A DNA stretch of 64,000 nt, from the NCBI GenBank assembly GCA_964658305.1, contig OZ210885.1, positions 24,552,001 to 24,616,000 of the forward strand, written 5' to 3'. Below are positions 59,738-64,000 of this stretch, piece by piece. The DNA comes from Leptogorgia sarmentosa. Lineage: Eukaryota. Position 1 is the stretch's first letter. Each line of letters opens with the position of its first letter. The notes under the pieces were generated by a model, which saw only the letters and a list, made by a program, of their open reading frames with translations, was not told the origin of the DNA and made no database searches. The translations under genes were made by a program, and so were the position numbers.

Positions 59738-60263
59738 TATGCACCTATCAATGTTTAGCCCCAGGGTGTGGGGGGCGGGCAACCCTGGGAGTTTTGATTA
59801 CCGGAGACGCAACGTGGGCAGGGATTCTGATCTAGTCCGAGGGTCCCAGGGAGGGGAAATTTGACATGGTCGCCATTTTGAAAAAAGGAAATGGACTGGA
59901 AACAAGTCAAGGAAGCTTTCTTTTGGGCCTTTCTTCACTGGGGAAATGGATTCCAAAATAAAAGTAAGTGAATGTTTTGGCAGTGTATATATTGTGTTTC
60001 AGTTTAGATTTTGAGATAGTTTTCAATAAAAAAATTCACTTAATTGTATATGTTATAACAAAGCAGTATGTTCTTTATTTTTTACTTTTACTGAAAACAC
60101 TCTACATGTTGTTTGCAAAATTCCCGGGTGTAGGGGCAATTTGATACAAATTTAAGGCACCAGGGTGGGAAAATTGACAGAAGCATTCACCAAAATGTCA
60201 AATTCCCGTGGGTTTGGCCGCCCCCCCCCCCCACCCTGGGGCTAAACATTGATAGGTGCATTA
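59738..60263. mobile_element. MITE with ~30-bp TIRs
   Basis: TATGCACCTATCAATGTTTAGCCCCAGGGTG ... CACCCTGGGGCTAAACATTGATAGGTGCATTA; possible 2-bp TSD CT. Confidence 0.85.
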
Positions 60264-60720
60264 CTGGCAAGACTATTTCCACATTTATGGCAAAAACTGT
60301 AATTTACTGGGCACAATTCTTCACAGTTTTCGCACCGGATCATGTTAAAATATTTTTCTCGGTGTATGTTATGTTTTTCTCAATGAATGTTAGCCTACAA
60401 TCTGCAATGATTTTCGATCTCGGCTATTTTGATCTGGCCTCTCCCCCCTGGAGTCTATTTTATCCAGGGGGTAGTGAATCACCAATTTATGATTACATAA
60501 TTTATTTCATGTTATTTGCATGGAGAATCTCTATTTTTGTGCGGAGAAGCCTCACTTTTGTGAAGAGAAGCTTTAATTCTGCACGGAGAAACATTAAACA
60601 TGGTTGCTGCAGTTCGTTTTCCATGGAGCAGCAACGTATTTACACAGAGAACAATCGAATTTCAACGGAGCAACTATATTTCCAAACAGCAACGATATAT
60701 TTGTGTGGAGAAACTGTGGC

Positions 60721-61487
60721 ACTTTCAACCCCAATTCTGCCGGACCAGGTGAGAAGGTATATGTGGAAATCCCAAAGCTAAGCCCTGGATTGTGTATCGG
60801 TCCCAGGTTCAATGCACCTGCTCTTCACATTCAAGAATAAGAACACAAAAAGCTGGTTCCTAAACAATCTTGACAGATTGCTAAAAGACTGACTTCAGGT
60901 TAAGTTAGCCGGAGAGACCGTTTATGACTGTACAGGTGAAAACGTCTCCAAAGTTTATCGGGACCTATGGCTAACACAAAGTATGAGAGACGTGCTGGTC
61001 GACAGCGAATTGGGAAATGAAAACCTCAGAAAACTAATGTCAGGTGACAATACTGGGGCAGACACAGGTGACGATCAGAAAGCATCAGACGGGCTCATGA
61101 GCAAGGTATACAAGAAGTTGAAGCTAAGCTTCGACATCATACTCAAGAATCATGGGCTATATGCGCCATTTAGGATGAATAACAATCTCCAGTACATCAT
61201 CACACTCCCTCCGGTTAGTAAGATAATGAAAGCGCAGCAAAATGAGGCCATCAAGGGTTACACCCTTGAGTATGAAACGATCGACAATGCAGACCTTGTT
61301 GTTGACTAAGTCAAACGAGGATGATGACGTAACCGGGAACGAAAGAAAGTTCATAAATATACAAAGTGGGGTACTTTTGGAAATAAGAAAAGAAGCAGTA
61401 GCCAATGATCTGAGATGTCATATATTCATTGTGTCTGACGCGCTCTTTAACTTCGTTAATAGGGACCTTCAGAGCATTCAGTACTGA
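60721..61487 (+). pseudogene. Putative Polinton/adintovirus-like major capsid protein remnant (frameshifts, internal deletion)
   Basis: Joined frames read TFNPNSAGPGEKVYVEIPKL...HLLFTFK..TKSWFLNNL..LAGETVYD..YRDLWL..ENLRKL..HGLYAPF..ITLP..LEYETI...CHIFIVSDA. Recognised from memory of such capsids; directly upstream of a packaging ATPase. Confidence 0.6.
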
Positions 61488-61498
61488 TGAATGGGTAA

Positions 61499-62102
61499 AT
61501 GTATGTTACCAGAGCTAGCAATAATCGTTGGACCAAGCGGTTTTTGCAAAACAACAATACGATAGAGATACTTAATGATGAGAATTTGGGCGTTTACGTC
61601 TACATCATAATACTCTGCCCAACTTGCCACAAACGACACTTACGCAGAATGGGGAACAGACGACGACTGCATATTCAGTGTGGGGATTTCCCCAAGCAAA
61701 GTAGAGGAGGCAATAGATTACATAATAAAAGTTCTTTCAAAAAGTGGGAAAGACGAAACTAAGACACTAATAATAATCGACGACATGAGCTCTGGGTCAG
61801 AGCAACACCTGAACTTCAGCAAACGTATATATCTGGCCTACAGCGGAAGGCACCATGGAATCTTGCTGTTTCTCCTAACACATAAACTTAGCTCGGTTGC
61901 CACCGGGATCAGGGACGACACGACGCGAATAATATTCTTCCCAACACACTGCAAGCGCAGTATTAATACTCTTACAGACAAATTCCTGGGTAATCTTACC
62001 CCCGAATCTGAGGCCTCGCTGATAAGACACCTTAAGGAAGGCAAAACAGCTTACATCGACATCGACCTGATGAATAGAACACAGAAAGTAGTAAAACATT
62101 GA
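61499..62102 (+). pseudogene. A32/FtsK-like DNA packaging ATPase remnant
   Basis: Degenerate Walker A AIIVGPSGFCKT (~61517-61552), IILCPT, Walker B LIIIDD, SGRH motif followed by a hydrophobic strand (LLFLLTH). Confidence 0.75.
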
Positions 62103-62562
62103 CTATATTATGGAGGAAGTACCAAAACCACCCAGGAATTGGGAACGAACTTATCTGCATGAGTGAGAAGGGGGAGCTGGATAAGTCTGTTGCATACCTA
62201 AAGAAAGCCAGTAAGAACGCTCTCACGAAACTGTACTCAGGGGCTCAAGACGCAAAACGTAGAAAGACAAATGAGTTCCTAACAGATATGATAATCTCAA
62301 AGTGGTCGGATATCCTATCCAGCTTCAAAGCTATAGAGCACCAAAAATTAACTGACAGATGATCTTCTGAAGGATGAACTTCTAAACAACGATATAATGA
62401 GGGGTGTTGAGCTCCTATCACCCTTCATACCACTTATTGGCATCGTTAGAGGTGGGGTAACAACCACCAGGCGCATATACCAGTCAAACCTACCACTCAA
62501 AGATCTCCCTAAGGATGGTGATAATGATATGGTAAGTGTTGTTAGCAGCAGACCAAAATGAA
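62099..62562 (+). pseudogene. Small co-oriented viral-type ORF remnant (unknown function)
   Basis: Tightly packed after the ATPase with no introns; frameshift near 62345; ends in a hydrophobic LSPFIPLIGIV segment. Confidence 0.4.
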
Positions 62563-62774
62563 GAAAAAGTATGATATGACTGATGTTACGACTATGCTTA
62601 ACCAATTCTTCTTGATCATTATTATTCTCATACTATATCTTATATGCATAATTTAATCAGAAAGCAAGTTAGGATAGAGTACACAAATAGCTTCTCCGCA
62701 AACGATGACAAGGAAATGCTCGAGGGCCTATATAAATCCTACCATCGCTTACACAAGGTATCGAACCGAAGAAG

Positions 62775-62892
62775 TACTACGCAGTTCCATGGAGTACTGT
62801 GGAGTTCCATGGAGTTCCATGGAGTACGATGGAGTTCCATGGTGTACTATGCAATACTATGGAGTGCTATGCAGTACTATGTAGTACTATGT
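62775..62892. repeat. 10-bp degenerate tandem repeat (GGAGTTCCAT / GCAGTACTAT)
   Basis: About 11 visible units. Confidence 0.85.
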
Positions 62893-63732
62893 AGGGTTAC
62901 GTACCATTATGGAGGGTTAAGAAAGGATTTTCATGATTAGGAACATGTATAGAAACCCTTAGATACATTACAGCTACGATCTACAATAGGTCAAGATTAT
63001 GAAGTAGCTACCGAGAATAATACCAAAAAGCAGCCAAAAAGCTAAATAGGTGTAAAGCCGTACATACTATAAAAAATTAAAACTAGTTCATTTTCTATGG
63101 TCCATAATTTTCCACGGACAGGATCACATCACTGGGTTCAACTTTCAAATGATCGCAGATCCATTATAACCCCGTAAAATGAAGTATATTCCTAAAAAAA
63201 AAACGTGTTGACACAGGTGTATTTCTTTAATTCTTTGGCATTGAAGTTAAGGGATGATTGAACTTGAAGGTAATCAATGGTTCATTTGCAATTTTAATTA
63301 GGCTTTAAGTTCAAAGCTTAGAGCATTGTCTCATGTGAGCAACTGATCATATCTAAGAACACATACGGTTGAGATATCCAAGTTTAGCTTGCAATCACAA
63401 TGAATCAGAAATACTCTCACGGAGACTGACGGAGTATCTGTGAGTCAAACAAAATACAAAATAAAAATTAAAAAAATCATGTGATGTTTTCTGTGATTTT
63501 TTAACTTTTCTGTGATATTTTTAATCAGTTGTTTGCCCCTCGATGTTTTCTACTTTAAACATGTCAACGATGTCATTGAAACAATGAAAACATGTGTACT
63601 TGCGGCAAGACTACATTCGTCCGTAGACTCCGAACCATAGTAGTTAAAAAATTTGTTAATACTGTAGCAGCATTAGAAATCTTAGAAGAAGGTGACGCAG
63701 CCGACGATGACACCAATTATGCCGCCGTTAAT

Positions 63733-63868
63733 AACAAGCATCAGAGAAGTGCTGTTTGGGATTATTTCCGAAAGCTAACAGATACCGCAAAAACAACAGG
63801 GACATCGAAGTGCACCATCTGTTCAGAAAACGTTAAACATGGCAGCAACATGTCTAACCTTTTTAAAG
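63733..63868 (+). CDS. BED zinc-finger exon of a probable hAT (ZBED-like) transposase continuing beyond the window
   Basis: RSAVWDYF...KCTIC...GSNMSNLFK followed by a GT donor. Confidence 0.6.
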
Positions 63869-64000
63869 GTAACTTGGTGATTGATCATAGAAAGTCGCAG
63901 TTATAAATTATACAACTTAATTCCTGAACTACTAAAAAGTATTTCGGGTACTATTTACAACGGTTTCGAAATTTTTTAGCATTTAAAGCTGAAACATCAA

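Noticed and set aside
60287..60781. 164-aa ORF as a gene
   Set aside because: It spans non-coding repeat sequence with recurring GGAGAA/GGAGCA motifs and overlaps the capsid-like remnant out of frame.
62775..62892. CRISPR-like array
   Set aside because: Contiguous 10-bp units with no unique spacers, no cas genes, and a eukaryotic context.

Overview
AT-rich eukaryotic (intron-containing, metazoan) DNA made almost entirely of nested transposable elements; the TE repertoire suggests a cnidarian such as a coral or octocoral, which is an inference. I found no convincing host housekeeping gene, rRNA, tRNA or CRISPR array. In order: (1) a Harbinger (DDE transposase plus Myb/SANT gene) interrupted by a full-length BEL/Pao LTR retrotransposon (376-bp LTRs, AGTAT TSD). 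(2) An apparently intact, spliced, divergent hAT-like transposon (12137-19289, 8-bp TSD) whose ~1164-aa transposase starts with a PHD-like finger, with two MITEs in its introns. (3) A decayed hAT gene that, once nested insertions are removed, reads as a Vertnin-like OTU protease domain fused to a TTF-zinc-finger/DUF4371 hAT transposase. (4) A non-autonomous AcademH-type element (9-bp TSD) holding a Gypsy element, then Tc1 MITEs. (5) An intact AcademX (32346-38087, 1517-aa ORF, TAC TSD). (6) RecQ-helicase remnants, Kolobok/Tc1/hAT fragments, a truncated AcademH (RecQ plus transposase) inserted in a KolobokP-like element (transposase plus P2X7-ballast-like KolX), and an IS3EU-like remnant. (7) A decayed Polinton/adintovirus-like capsid plus packaging-ATPase cassette near the end. 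Family assignments come from motif recognition by eye, not database searches.
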